Assembly: GCA_028023455.1 (NCBI GenBank)
Contig: JAQFVV010000007.1
Span: forward strand, 12,524,001-12,588,000
Source of the DNA: Epiperipatus broadwayi
Taxonomy: Eukaryota > Animalia > Onychophora
Direction: 5' to 3'
DNA length: 64,000 nt
The notes below the pieces were generated by a model. It did not search any database, was not told the DNA's origin, and saw nothing but the letters and a program-made list of their open reading frames with translations. Made by a program: the position numbers and the translations under genes. Positions 27,101 through 39,790 of this stretch are shown one piece after another (the stretch's first letter is position 1; each line of letters starts with the position of its first letter).

Positions 27101-27372
27101 AATCTAAATGGATAATATTAAAGGTTGTAAATTTAGAGATGTAATTTACTATGAAGGCAACTCCTCCTGATGGAGAATTTGCTATGGAGAATTTAAATAG
27201 ACCTAGTGAAGATAAAATTTCTGATATTTTGCAGTTGCTGTTTATATGTAATTTAGTTTCTGCAAAGAAAATAATATCTGGTGTTTTTTTTAATAAAAAA
27301 TCTTTTATAGCATAGACACTGTTGTAAAGAGTTTAATCCTCTTACATTTATACCTATTATTTTAATTTTCAT
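24155..27372 (-). CDS. ORF2: APE endonuclease, reverse transcriptase and C-terminal CCHC zinc finger (3 frameshifts in this sequence)
   Basis: Starts MKIKIIGINVRGLN at 27372. APE motifs PDIIFFAET, SGGVAFIV, LLGDFN, SLIDLIY, SDHLAL. RT motifs RPISM, LDIIAAFDSV, PQGSPLSALLF, YMDD, FLGIP. Zinc finger CILC...ETFDHILVSC. Frameshifts near 27325, 27000 and 24965; the 682-codon core has no stops. Confidence 0.9.
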
Positions 27373-27446
27373 TGAGTATTGATAAAAACTAGAATTTTAA
27401 AATATAAATTAAATTTGATTAGGCATCAATGGAAAAAATGAAAGAA

Positions 27447-29796
27447 TCATTCCAATATATCAAATCCAACTAAGGGTGAGAATTGGAAATCACTCTCTTT
27501 GTCTTCTACCACTTCAGGTGTTAATAAATTAAGATGTGACCCTGAATTTGTAGGAGTGATATAAGCAATCACATTATTTGTTGTACTTACTGATGTATTA
27601 GACTTCTCTATTTGCATTAGATTATCTAATTCATTTTCATATTCTTGATTTTTTTTAATTTTTTTTTTCTTTTTGTTAGGATGTTTAGTAATAGAATTTA
27701 AGTCATTATCAGAGCCACAAAGTGTGCTTGAACTATTAGAAGAATCATTTGTTATTATTTCAGTAGTTTTATCTAAATTTGTAATTAAATTTCTTTCTTT
27801 TTTTAGTTTATGTAATCTTGGTAAACTCTTATTTAAATGAGAATTAATTAATTGTTCAGAAGTATTAAGAAAACATTGATCTTCTATTTATTTTTTATTT
27901 TTTTCTATTTCTTTGTGAAGAATCCCTGTAATCTCTTGTGATTTGAGTTGTTGATTTCTTTCTAATTGGCTACTTTGCCTATTTTGAATATTAATAATTG
28001 AAGAAGAATTATGAGAAAAAGAATTTCTATGATGATCAATGTTTGATGCAAAACAGGATTCTTCCCGTTGTTTGTTTTGATAATCCAAAACTGGGCAACA
28101 GTGAAATTTAGATGATTTAATATTACATCTTTGGCAAAAAGTTTTCGGACAGTCTTTAATTAGATGGTCTCTTGATTTGCATATATAGCACTGTGATGGA
28201 ACTCCTTGAAAACTTATTACTAAGTTAGTCTTTGCAACTGTATGAAATGATGGGATGTCTAGAGCAGTGATATTTTCTTTAAGGGCTAAATTAAATGAGG
28301 CTATGTTCAAAAGCACATGGGAAAGAGCTCCGTTCTCATTTAAAAAAAAAAACTCTGAAGTTATGCCATAAATGTTTAGTATTTTTTGAAGATCATGTGA
28401 ATCAAATCCTGGGTAGCAATTTCTTATAATACCTTTTAGGGATCTTTTTATATTTAAATCAACTTTACATAACCATAAATCTCCAAGCATTCTGTAAGTA
28501 TTTATAAAAGCTGTTTTGTAAATTCTAAAATAAGATATCTTTTGTTTTGATGATGATACACTTTATTTATATAATTCCAATGTTTATTTAAACTAAGAGT
28601 GTTATATAATAAATCTATAGGGAAGTGTAAAGGTTTAATGTCATTGTTAGTTGCTGAGATAATTAATGTGTTCTCCTTTTGATATACTTTGAAAGAGTCT
28701 AAAAGTGCTTGAGGAATAGATAAATTAAATTTTTTATTGATTTTATTAAAATCGTCCCATGAGGGAGTAAAAGAATTATCTGCATTTTTTCATTAATAAT
28801 TGATACTTTTGTGTGATCAAAATGAGTTTGCTCTGTTTCTTCATCATCATCTTCAAGGTCTAGAGAGAGAAGTGAGTTTTGTGAAGAATGATGTGAGATA
28901 GTACAATTGTTTGTTGATATTTTAGTTTTAACCTTCTGAGCATAGCTCATTTTGTTTTCATTAATTCCTTTATTATCATTTTCATGTAATACTGAGTAAT
29001 GATAACTATTGTCTTTATTTATATTCTTGCAAACTTCAACAGTTTTATTTTGTTTAGCTTTATCCACAGTCTTATGTTCTTTATCATTAACCCTGGTATC
29101 AATCAAATTGCTAATTTCATTTGAAGAATCATCACTATCTTCTATGCAATTTTTTTTAAAGTTTGAATTGTTAGTTTTATTATATAACTCAAAACTAAAC
29201 TTTTTATCATTCAAAATATTAGGAGATGAAATTAGAGTATTGTTATTTTCATTTCCAATAGACTCTTGATTATAAATACCCACATAATCGTGTAAGTTTT
29301 GATTTTTCAATTTTGGATTATTTTCTTTTACATTTTCTGAAGCAGGGCTTAAGTCAAATTTATCAACATTTGTTGGCAATTCAATACCATTTTCATTATT
29401 TATCTTTTGAACTTCAGAAGTTTTAAAATTTGATATTTGTTTAGAAATGATATTAGTGTTAGAAAAATCTTTATGTAGTAGTACTTTTTTTGACTTTTTT
29501 GTAATTTGCTGATTTGAACTTTTAATAGAATGAATTGAAGCATTTGCTACAATAAAAAAATTTTGTTCTAAATTTCCATTTCCATTGTTATCTGAAGTAT
29601 CATAACGTTCTAATTTAGAATTAGGTTTAACAATGCTTTCTTTCAATATTATTTTCGAATTACTTGAATTATTTGTTTCATTTTCATTTTCAAAAGAAGT
29701 TTCAAAGGTAATTTTAATAGATTTCTTTTTTATATCTTTTGTTGACATTGTTTTTGATGTTTTAAACTCATTTTTCATAGAAACATTTTTTGTCAT
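27447..29796 (-). CDS. ORF1: gag-like nucleic-acid-binding protein with an RRM-like region and CCHC zinc knuckle (2 frameshifts, 1 nonsense)
   Basis: CYICKSRDHLIKDCP (CX2CX4HX4C) followed by CQRC. Frameshifts lie in A-runs near 28788 and 28515. There is an in-frame TAA at 27888-90, after which the frame stays open to TGA 27447-49. Confidence 0.8.
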
Positions 29797-30894
29797 CCAT
29801 TACTAAGGAATCATGTTTAACTTTTTCATTTGAATTTTCTTCGGAATAACTCTGAATTTTACTCATTTGATTCTCAACAGACTAAAAGATTTAAATCTTA
29901 CCTTTCAAATTAGAACACACAATTCTTCCTTCACACACTACTACTCTTAAGAAAAATAATAATAAAATCAGTCTAAATATCAAACAGCTGTATCAAAATC
30001 ACCACTAGATGGCACTCAAATGCTCTTTTCTGCCATTTTAGTTTCATATTATAGCAAATTATGACATTTTCATAAGAGTAGGCAAATCACAGAGCAGAGT
30101 AAGAAATATATTTTACTATAATTAGTTGAAAATAATAACAAAATACAAAATTCCCAGCTTAAATAAGATAATAAGACAAGAGTATCTTTTCATTCAAATA
30201 TTGGTAGCATAACCTTAGAGTAATCAGTGACTTTTATATGCACAGAGCAATAAATGATTACTCAAGCTTACATTAGATGGCACTAAAATAGAAAGCTACT
30301 ATTATCTTATTAGTTGAGAATTGATTTAATGACATAATTTTAATTGATGATTGGTTAAAAGAATGATTGGTAATGCTATTTTCAGTTTTTCTTTTATTTA
30401 GTAATGCATCTTCATCTCAATTCAATCACATTGCAGTTATTATCACCCACACAGACACTCTGACCAGTCACTTTCATTATGCATGCATTTCACCAATACT
30501 CTGGCATAGTTTTAACTTTTCTACAAACATTCGATAATTGAGAAGTAAGTATTTGTTTAATGGTAATTTTCAGTAAAAAGTGATAAATATTATAAAATAT
30601 TTTAGACAAAAAACACAAAAGACTAGAATCATGGAACTCATCATAATAGTTAAATCTTATTGAAACACTTAGATATTTAAACCAAATTTATCTCTATAAG
30701 TTTAATATGTTAAATAATTATTGCTGAAGTGTAATTCCAAATACAATAGTTTGTGATATAAAGTCTATAATTTGCATATGGTTGCATTGGCAAAAAAACA
30801 AACTAGGTAATGAATTATTAAAAGTATGTGACCATGCAAAATATTGCTTATATTTATACTTTAAAAAATAAAAAAAACTCTCAAGATTTATTTG

Positions 30895-32170
30895 TTTTTA
30901 TATATTAGACTATTTCAACCATCTAATATAAGTATTGAATCTTTTTAGAAAAAAAATTAACTTTATTTAAATATTCCAAATACATTCAACTGTTAGTAAT
31001 AACACATCAAACAGGTTAGTATATGCACAACTTTTCAAGAGGTATTATTATCCCCTCTTCTTCAGATATTGCTGGCCTGACAAGTGACAATACTAGGCTA
31101 TGAATCAAATGTGAACTCATATTTTTTAATATCAAAATGTAAGGTAATACTCTAACCAACTGAGTCATTCTGCCAACAGTCACTAAAAATTTCATATAGT
31201 TATTTATGGCAACAGTCACTAGAAATTTCATATTGTTATGTATGAGATTCCTCCTGATTTCTCCACTTTTTTCTAAGCAAAATTTATTTGTGGTTTCTAT
31301 ATATTTATGTATAGTCACACTAGGTTGAATTATGTGGTTGTCCACCATTGTCATGTGAGCAGCTTCTTTAAATTTTTTTCTTGTACTTTTTCTTCTCTAT
31401 TCAGTACTTATGTATTTTCCTAACTGAACATATGTTCATTGGTACACACATGATTTATAACCTTAGACACATCTATTTTCTCTCTTCTAATTTGCAATTA
31501 TTTTCAATGGGATAGTTGGTATCACTAATACATGTTCTTTCACATTTATATGGTATTTTATAGATACAGTTTTTGCTTTTAAGCATTTCAAATATAGACT
31601 TTATAGGTGTTACAATTCCTCATAGTGTGAAATGGCTCTGGAAAGCTGTTTTTTGTTATACTTATTGCATAATTTTCTTAATTTGGCAGCTATTTTTGGT
31701 ATGTATGGTTACACTACAATACCAATAATTGTTTTTTTTTCTTTTGATGATTGCATTTGAGATGATGGATATCAATTTTTCATAGGAGATTTTCTATATA
31801 ATTTTTTTTTTTTCAAATTGCTGGTTTCTGAACAAACATCTTTTGCTCTGTTCTACAGTAATAGTATAACTCCACATTTTTATTTCTAGTGTGATTGGAA
31901 TCTATATGATAAGTATTTTATTGTATGTGTGAATTTTTTGTAAACTGTAGTTATGAATTTGCCATGAGATAGTCTTGTCACAAGTACATCTGTGAATGCC
32001 AATTGTTGTTCTTCTGCTGATTGTATTGTAAATTTAATTGAAGAGGATATGTTGTTGATACAGTTCCAAAAAGTTTGGAGTATTTCTCTACCATGTGGCT
32101 ATACAATAAATGTATCATCAACATAGTGAAACCATACATTAAGTGGATATGGAGTAGTCTTTATAGCATA
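30895..32170 (-). mobile_element. 5'-truncated Penelope-like element (RT C-terminal part, GIY-YIG remnant, pLTR with tRNA-like module and hammerhead), inverted relative to the adjacent copy
   Basis: VWFHYVDDTF, IKFTI and VYKKFTHT on the minus strand; A-box from 31174. Hammerhead-like CTGAAGA-AGAGG...CCTCT-TGAAAAGTT-GTG at 31026-31070. Colinear with 33985-35205. Confidence 0.85.
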
Positions 32171-32281
32171 TCTAATTACACCAGAAAGAGTAAACGTAGA
32201 ATTACACTATCACTAGAGTAAAATATGTTTGTTCAGAAACCAGAGATTTGAAAATATAAAACAAACTCTTATGACAAATTT

Positions 32282-34343
32282 TAGTATTGCCACTGGTCAG
32301 GTCACCAACACCTGAAGAGAGGAGGATAATACTTCTCAAACATTGTGCATATGATATCCTATGTGTTATTACTCATTGTTAAATGTATTTAGAATATTTA
32401 AATAAAGTTAAATTGTTTTAAAAACTTTAAATGCTTGCATTAGATGATGGGAATAATCCAGTGTATAAATACAATTAACCTACCATCATCACAAACCTTC
32501 AGAATAATACTAAGTAATGTATGGACATCTTTCTACATCAAACTTTAGATTATGTCTAAAGCTAGCCCAAATAGAAAATCATTTAACTTTCTTATGTAAA
32601 TATAAATCTGAAAGGATAGTTTCTAAGGGTTTGTAGCTAAAACTTCCTATTTATTCTCAGAGACCTAAGAAAATTACTCAGAAAAAAAAAACCCCTCTGT
32701 TATAAGAAATAAAAAATGCTCAAGGGTTTTTGAAATATCATATCTTGTATGCCATTAATAGTATAGAATGTTTTCTAAAAAGTAAACTCACTGAAGAAGA
32801 CTTTACAAGAGTTTATCTAACAGTAAGAAAATCATATTCCACATTACATGGAAAAATAAATAATTGACAAGTGAAAACTATTGCTAATCTACATGATATC
32901 TAAATGTCTTAATGTACCAAGCACTGTACCAGCTTTACCTCTTAAACATCTCAGTTCTACACATCTACCTGATACTGAATTTTTGTTCTTGAAAAAGAAT
33001 TAAATTTCACCATAACCCAATCTAATATCCCTTTATTAGACATGGTCATAGTCACTGAGAAATCACTCAAAAAATTAGCTTTTGAAGAATATCCTGTACA
33101 AAATAAAAAGAACACTTGAGAAGCAACAAAAATTGAAGTCAAACATATCCTCTGGTGAATAAAAAATAATTAAATCACCCAAAGTAGATAAATCTATAAT
33201 TACTCTCTTTGCTGTTAAAGACAATGCAACAGCTGTAATGAGTATAACTAATTATAATAACAAAATACAAGAATCCCTCACAGCTGGCCAATATAGAAAA
33301 GTGGTAAAAAATTTTATACTGAGTAGAAAAACAAAATTATAGGCAATACTCAGAAAAGATCATAGGTACTTCAGTGATTCAGAAAAAAGTGAACTAACAT
33401 CATAGTTTAGCAAAATTCCTCATCTATAATGTCTACCTAAAATCCATAAGGATCATGTTCTATTAAGTCCTTTTGTTTGTTATAGAAATTTACCTTGCCA
33501 AAACTTGTCAAAATTTCTTCTCAAATTTTCTAGTTCTTTGGCACGCAAGATCCAGTACTCTTTCGGGGACTTTAGACAATTTGTAGAATTAATTAAGAAT
33601 ATGAAAATTGCAAGAACTGACATACTAGTAAGATTTGATGTAAAAAGTTTTGTTCACAAATATACCATCTGAAGAAGCATTGTTTAGTATAAGAAAAAGT
33701 CTAGTCACAATAGCTTACAAACCAGAATAATGCTTACCATTGATAGTATAACAGAACTATTAAAATTCTGAATAACAACAACCTATTTTTAATATAACAC
33801 AGATTTTAAAAAAAAATCAAGGAATTGATTTCTTCTAACAAAATCAAAGAATGGATATGAACTCACTATTGTCATGCCCTATAACCAATATTTACATGGA
33901 AGAACCTGAATCATAAACATCACATGATCACCATTTTTTATGCTTGCTCTTAACTGTTATATGAGAGTTTTGCCTGTTTTAAAAACCTGAATCCACAGTT
34001 ATATTTCATATCCACCTAAAGTTTGGCTTCAATATGTTAATGATATATTTATTGCTTGGCAACATAATAGAGTACTATTACGAAGGTTTTAGAACCACAT
34101 CATGAACATATCCCTTTTAATTAAATTCACAATAGAATCAAAACAAGAGCAAAAATTGGCATCCTTAGATCTTTTTCTGACTTTCTCATGACATATTCAA
34201 AACTACAGTGTACAAAAAATTCACACATATAGGAAAATACTTAGCACATACATTCATTTACACTAAAACACAAAACATGAAATTATACTATCACTGTGAA
34301 ACAGAGCAAAGTAAATCTATCCTGAAACCAGCAATTTGAAAGA

Positions 34344-34379
<36 letters not shown>

Positions 34380-35205
34380 CATAAGTTTGTTGTATATATA
34401 TATATATATATATACAACAAACTTATGAAAAATCATTGTCCATCAGCTGTTATTAAGAAAACATTAAAGAGCAACAAAAAGAACCATGAAAAGAAAAAAA
34501 AGAATTATGTATATGTTAGTGTAACCATACATATATTTAAAATGCTGAAAAGCAAAAATTGAATTTATGATATACCATGTGAATGTCAAAGAACAATATA
34601 TTGATTAAACAAGTCACATTGCCTTTTTGAAAAGTGATTGCAAAAACACAAACTGATGATTGCTTGGAAGAGAAAAAACAGATATTCATATGTTCAGTTT
34701 AGAAAATACAAAAACATTGAATAGAGGAAAAATGTTACAAAAAAATTCAAGAAAGCTGCTCACTTGGAAATGGTGAATAACCCCATAACTCATTCTAGTA
34801 TGACAATACATAGTGTATGAAAACCATTAATCACTTTTCTTTTAGGAAAACAATAGAGAGATCAGGAGGATCCTCATTGATATCATATGAAATTTCTACT
34901 GTTGCCTTTAGCAGGGTGGCTGCATTGGTTAGAATGTTACCATAAAATTCAATATTCAAGAATCTAAGGGTCCAGGTTCAATTTCCATGCTAGTACTGTC
35001 ACCGTCAGGCCAACAACACCTGAAGAAAAAAGAATAATACCACTTGGAACATTGTGCAACCTATATACTATTACTAACAATTGAATGTATTTGGAATATT
35101 TAAATTAAGTTAATTTTTTCTAAAGACATTCAATATTTATATTAGATGATGGAAATAGTCCAATATATAACTAAAATGCCTTCATCACAAATCTTCAGAA
35201 AAACA
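32282..35205 (+). mobile_element. Near full-length decayed Penelope-like element (pLTR - RT/GIY-YIG ORF remnant - pLTR)
   Basis: HLTFLCKYKSERIVSKGL (N-terminus), LPKIHKDHVLLSP, FDVKS..TNIP, NIYMEE, WLQYVNDIF, IKFTIE, VYKKFTH, IYDIPCEC..YID. Direct terminal repeats at 32282-32510 (partial) and ~34880-35205, with CTGAAGA cores at 32312 and 35020. Confidence 0.85.
34377..34430. repeat. Perfect 54-bp palindrome centred on (TA)11 inside the PLE
   Basis: TTTCATAAGTTTGTTG-(TA)11-CAACAAACTTATGAAA. Confidence 0.95.
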
Positions 35206-38200
35206 CTTAACTATTCACAACATTTATGTTTGGTAATCTCATGAATAACTGCTTCTTTCTGACTATACAATGTGATTGTGGAAATATTTGATGTCAGAAC
35301 CTAACATAAAATATTATTTACTTAATCTAATGATTAATTCTGAATGAATGCACCATAATTACAGACATTGAAAGCTTTGGGAACATTCTAATCAGGTACT
35401 ACTGAAGCTCAAAACCTTAACAATCTAAAATCCTGATCTCAAAAATAAACAGTTTGAACCCTGACAGCAGACATCTCTATAGATTAACATCTCAGCCATC
35501 TAAAATCATCCAAATATAAAATTTCAGTAACAAAATAATTTGTTTTATATGTATTGAGATAGTTATGTTTTCCTTCTGACAATGTTATTTTTTAATCTTT
35601 ACGAAATTTGAAAAACAGGAAATGGGTTTTCCTATGATCATGCAAATAGACCTTTATTATATTATTTTCGTAATATTGCTCACAATGTAACATTTTCGGT
35701 ATTTTAATATTACAGGAAGTAATACATACATAACAAATTATCTCTGTTTGAAATCAATTTTCATAAACAAATTTTTTATTTAGTAATGTTAATTAAAAAT
35801 TAAGTTTTATAAGAAATGTTTTACAATGAATCTCATACTGTATTAATTTTGATTTATTTATATTTTTTATTTTTGAAATCTGATCTTCTTAGGATTTTGA
35901 ACGGTTGTGATTTTAGGTTGTCAAGAATTGAGTTGCTACAATTTTTGCTATCGGGATTTTGGGCAGTACAAAAGTACATCATACTATAAATAAAAAATGC
36001 TGTATCATATTACAATTTTAATTTTACAGACAGGCCATTGACTTTCATTCATTGTAGAAAACATTTTTAAATAGCTGAGTTTCTGCATCTGCTTTTTTTT
36101 TAAAAGCTTGATTAGAAGTTTTTCCTCTTACTGTCTTCTTCAGAAGCTAGCTTAGAACTGACTGTTCTCTTCAACAGCTGGGCCAGAAACTTTCTCCTAC
36201 TGTCCTCTTTCACAACTATGTCAGAAACTGAATCCTTCTTATAAGGCACTTACAGTCTCTTGATTAATCCACACGTTTAATTTAGAAACAAACATGTTTT
36301 TGACCAATCACAATTATGCTTTGTACTTGGCCAAAAAAAAAAAAATAATTGTTCAGTTATTTTTCTTCAAAACAAGTCAAAAAAATTCTATTGTACTTGT
36401 TTTTATGCCAAAATAAATTAATCTTTTAATTACTATTTTGTCTTATACCAAATGAAAGACAAGATAATCAGTTAATTACACTCATTTGTTAAATACTGTG
36501 TTTAGGAGAGAGAAATAAAGGGAAAAGAAGAACAAAAAACTCTAATTATTTAAAACAAAATTTAACAAAATGTTACATTTTTTTTTCCTTTAATTTATAA
36601 CTTTCGTTATTTATCTCTTTTAAAAGTTAGAATAAAAATTTATCAAGAAATTTACTGAAGTGAAAAATGTCTTCTTTTAATACATTTTCAAAATTAAAAT
36701 TAAAAGTAATAATTAATTGTAATTACTGAAGAGAGTGAGCTAAAGAAATTATTTATGTGATTTTATACTTCACTTTCTGTTTTACAAATATTTATACTAC
36801 ATATTACATTATTTATATTATTATAAGAAAGAATAATGTTTGAGAAGTATTTAAAAAAAATTGTTTAGAATTTTTATATTATCATTTTGGGAAAAACAGT
36901 TGGTGAGTCTATCTGCCTATCAAACTATTAATATAACCTAGTGAATATTTCATTAAACTATATGCCATATTGCATAATTATTTACAGAATTAAAGCTCAT
37001 TTCTATACATTAATAATTTTAATTTTTTAGGTTATATTTAAGTTTTCAAATGATTATATCTAAAAGAGTCAATATTTAAGATTTAATAAAATAAATACGA
37101 AATAGAAGATCTTAACTGAAATAATAGAACACACCATCATTTGAACATTGTTATCTATTGAAAAGGCTAGAAGAATGAAATATTGGATATTAGAATTTAT
37201 GCTTTTAAAAATGATATATTTAAAAATTAGTTGTTATCAAAAAAACAAAATAAAATTATAAAAGTTAATAAATTATTTATTATTATTATAGTATTAAAGA
37301 ATATTTTATTTATGCTCTTCACAAACAAAATTTTTGTTACCCAGAAAGAAAGCTTCAGGTTTTTTGGAACATATACTTTCTAAGAACACACTTTTTAAAA
37401 ATAAAATGTTTTCAAAGAGAATCCCTTACAAGTGATGTAGTTTTTGACTTAATAAAGTCTTTTACCAAGAGAGTGCATCATAATTATTGATAATTTCTAA
37501 AAATCATATTTTGTTTTTCTAGCCCCAGGATATTCACAATATAAAGCTTTGGTCAATGACAAATCTCATTTCTAAGTTACCTTATTTATAACTTTGTCAT
37601 AACAATAAAAAGTACTACCAATCACTTACAAAGGTCTGTACAAGTCTGTATAATTCTGACATTTTTAAAAAAGTATACATTAAGATTATAACACCATTGA
37701 TAAAAGCCACTAAAGCCCATTGCACACCATAATATAAGTTAAACTTTTTATAAACTTTTGAACAAATATATATTTTTTATTTTATTTGTAATGTCACATA
37801 AGTACATAATCTACTAATGTTGGTTATTTATATCCTGAATAGAAATTTACAGAAGCTTAAAAACATATTTTTAGCAACATTTGATGAAAAATCTAATTAA
37901 AAAATTCCTACAGAACACATATTTCTGTCAATCAAACCTGATGTCACCAGCTCCTTAAAAGAAAAGTTGAGACCATATCAGATATTGAAAGACAAAAGCA
38001 GCTCCTCACACCAATGCCATTTATAGAAATCTACATAATGTTGCATTCATATATATGACATTTGATGAAAAATCAATTAATATTTTGCATGAGACATGTT
38101 TCTGTCCATCTATAGAAAGTGTACATAAATTAAATATTTATGTGATTTAATTAATTTTTTATGTATTTGAACTATTTATTTCAATTCAAAATTATTTTAG

Positions 38201-38374
38201 AATGGATTGGATTATAATCTCTGTTTTGTCAATTAACATTAAATCAATACAAAGAGGTTTTAGTTCAGTTATTGCTAAAATTAAAGTTCAAACATTAATA
38301 TCAAACTAAGTATTGTAACTATTCAAATGAAAACTGAGTCGCTATGTTGGATGAAATTTCAACTAATTTTCCAA

Positions 38375-38419
38375 GCAGCTGATGACATCAAGTTTGACTG
38401 ACAGAAACACATGTACTGC
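38375..38419 (+). ncRNA. Isolated type I hammerhead motif (core intact, stem II irregular)
   Basis: GCAG CTGATGA CATCAAGTTTGACTGACA GAAAC ACAT GTA CTGC. Confidence 0.6.
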
Positions 38420-38974
38420 AATAGTTTGATTTTTTTACCAGACCTTTCTTTATATAAAATCATAAATCTTACAAATTTTTATGGATGGGATAAGTAAATA
38501 ATATTACTAGATTTTATATACATAGTAGTAAATGACACTTAGAAATTTTATTCTAGAAAGCAGATCATAGCTAATCATCAAATAATTGGATGATAAATAA
38601 TTATCTAGATATTCTTAATTATAGAATAAAAAAGTAATTTACCACTCAACAATTAAAAAACCTGATAAATAAATGTCATTTTCCTCACTGTCTTTTTTAC
38701 CAATGTAAAAGTTTTTAATTAAAATAAGTTATATAAAACTTTTTTACATTTCACTTTATATATGTAGCTTATAATTATTATATTTGCAAAGATATCCATT
38801 AATGTTAAGGCTTATTTGGGAAGTTGATCCTATTCTTCTGCTGATGCTATTGTTGTAGAATAGTGATTATTATGAAGTAATAAAACTTACTAAGGTCTTT
38901 TTACTTTTTAAAGCAATTTTTATTTTAATTATTTTTTAACTTTTTCAACCAGCTTGCAGCTTTTATCAGAAATT

Positions 38975-39340
38975 CCTTGTGTATGTATTAAATGGATTAT
39001 GTCCTGTACATGAGGTGTTAGATTGACTTTAGGTCAACATGGGTGTGACAAGAATCTGAGCCTCCGGGTGGCCTGTGAGCATTTCATCATCAGATTTTCA
39101 ATTGGATAGATGGTTGAAGAGTTGGAATGTGGAGTGAATTGAAACATGTCCTCTAAAGTATGAAGATTGGCTATCTTAATATATATCTGTGCACTTATTG
39201 TGATATATGTGTAGATGATAATCTGGACCCACTGATGATTGCTGGTTTAGAATGAATTACATATATTGGTGATTATTTATCTTTTTGACATATATGTGTT
39301 TAAGAGTATCAGTGTTCTGAGATAGAGTGGATAGTGGTGG
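38975..39340 (+). mobile_element. Copy of the spacer and right arm of the 15.4-kb hammerhead repeat family
   Basis: Colinear with 15790-16140; decayed hammerhead with CTGATGA at 39232. Confidence 0.85.
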
Positions 39341-39636
39341 GTTGTGACAATGTCTGTGCTTATATACTCTATATATTACATATATTGATACAGTTATATA
39401 GTAAGCCTGTATGTCAGTTATACTACATTTTACACTATGTATATATTAATAACAATATTCTTTAACTTTTAAATATAATTAATCCTTTAACTAAGTACAT
39501 TTTTAAACATTTATTTCTAAAAATAAAAATTATTTAAAATATCTACATATTAAATAGTTATTTAATTAAAATTCTAACACTATTAAATATGTGTTTTTAT
39601 GAATTAAATAACATTTTTTTATGAAGAACAAAATTT

Positions 39637-39790
39637 GGGCTAACTGATGAGTGCTGGTTCAGCATGAAATACATATATTGAAGATTATTTACCTTTTTCA
39701 AATGTAAGTGGTTATATGTATTGGTTTATGAGACATAATGGTTAGTTGAAGAGAGCTTGAAAGTCTGGATTCAAATCACTTAAAATTACA
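39637..39790 (+). mobile_element. Further fragment of the same family, with a well-preserved hammerhead core
   Basis: GCTAA CTGATGA GTGCTG-GTT-CAGCAT GAAAT ACAT ATA TTGAA, core at 39644. Confidence 0.8.

Larger units (their letters stand above)
24034..30016 (-). mobile_element. Full-length (~5.98 kb) L1/Tx1-group non-LTR retrotransposon
   Basis: 13-bp TSD CAAATGCTCTTTT at 24021-24033 and 30017-30029; poly(A) tail (T run ~24030-42) preceded by AATAAA; ORF1 and ORF2 with canonical domains; ~220-bp 5' UTR. Confidence 0.92.

Noticed and set aside
25615-29269. Short plus-strand ORFs inside the LINE (25615-25800, 29009-29269)
   Set aside because: Antisense shadows of ORF2 and ORF1.
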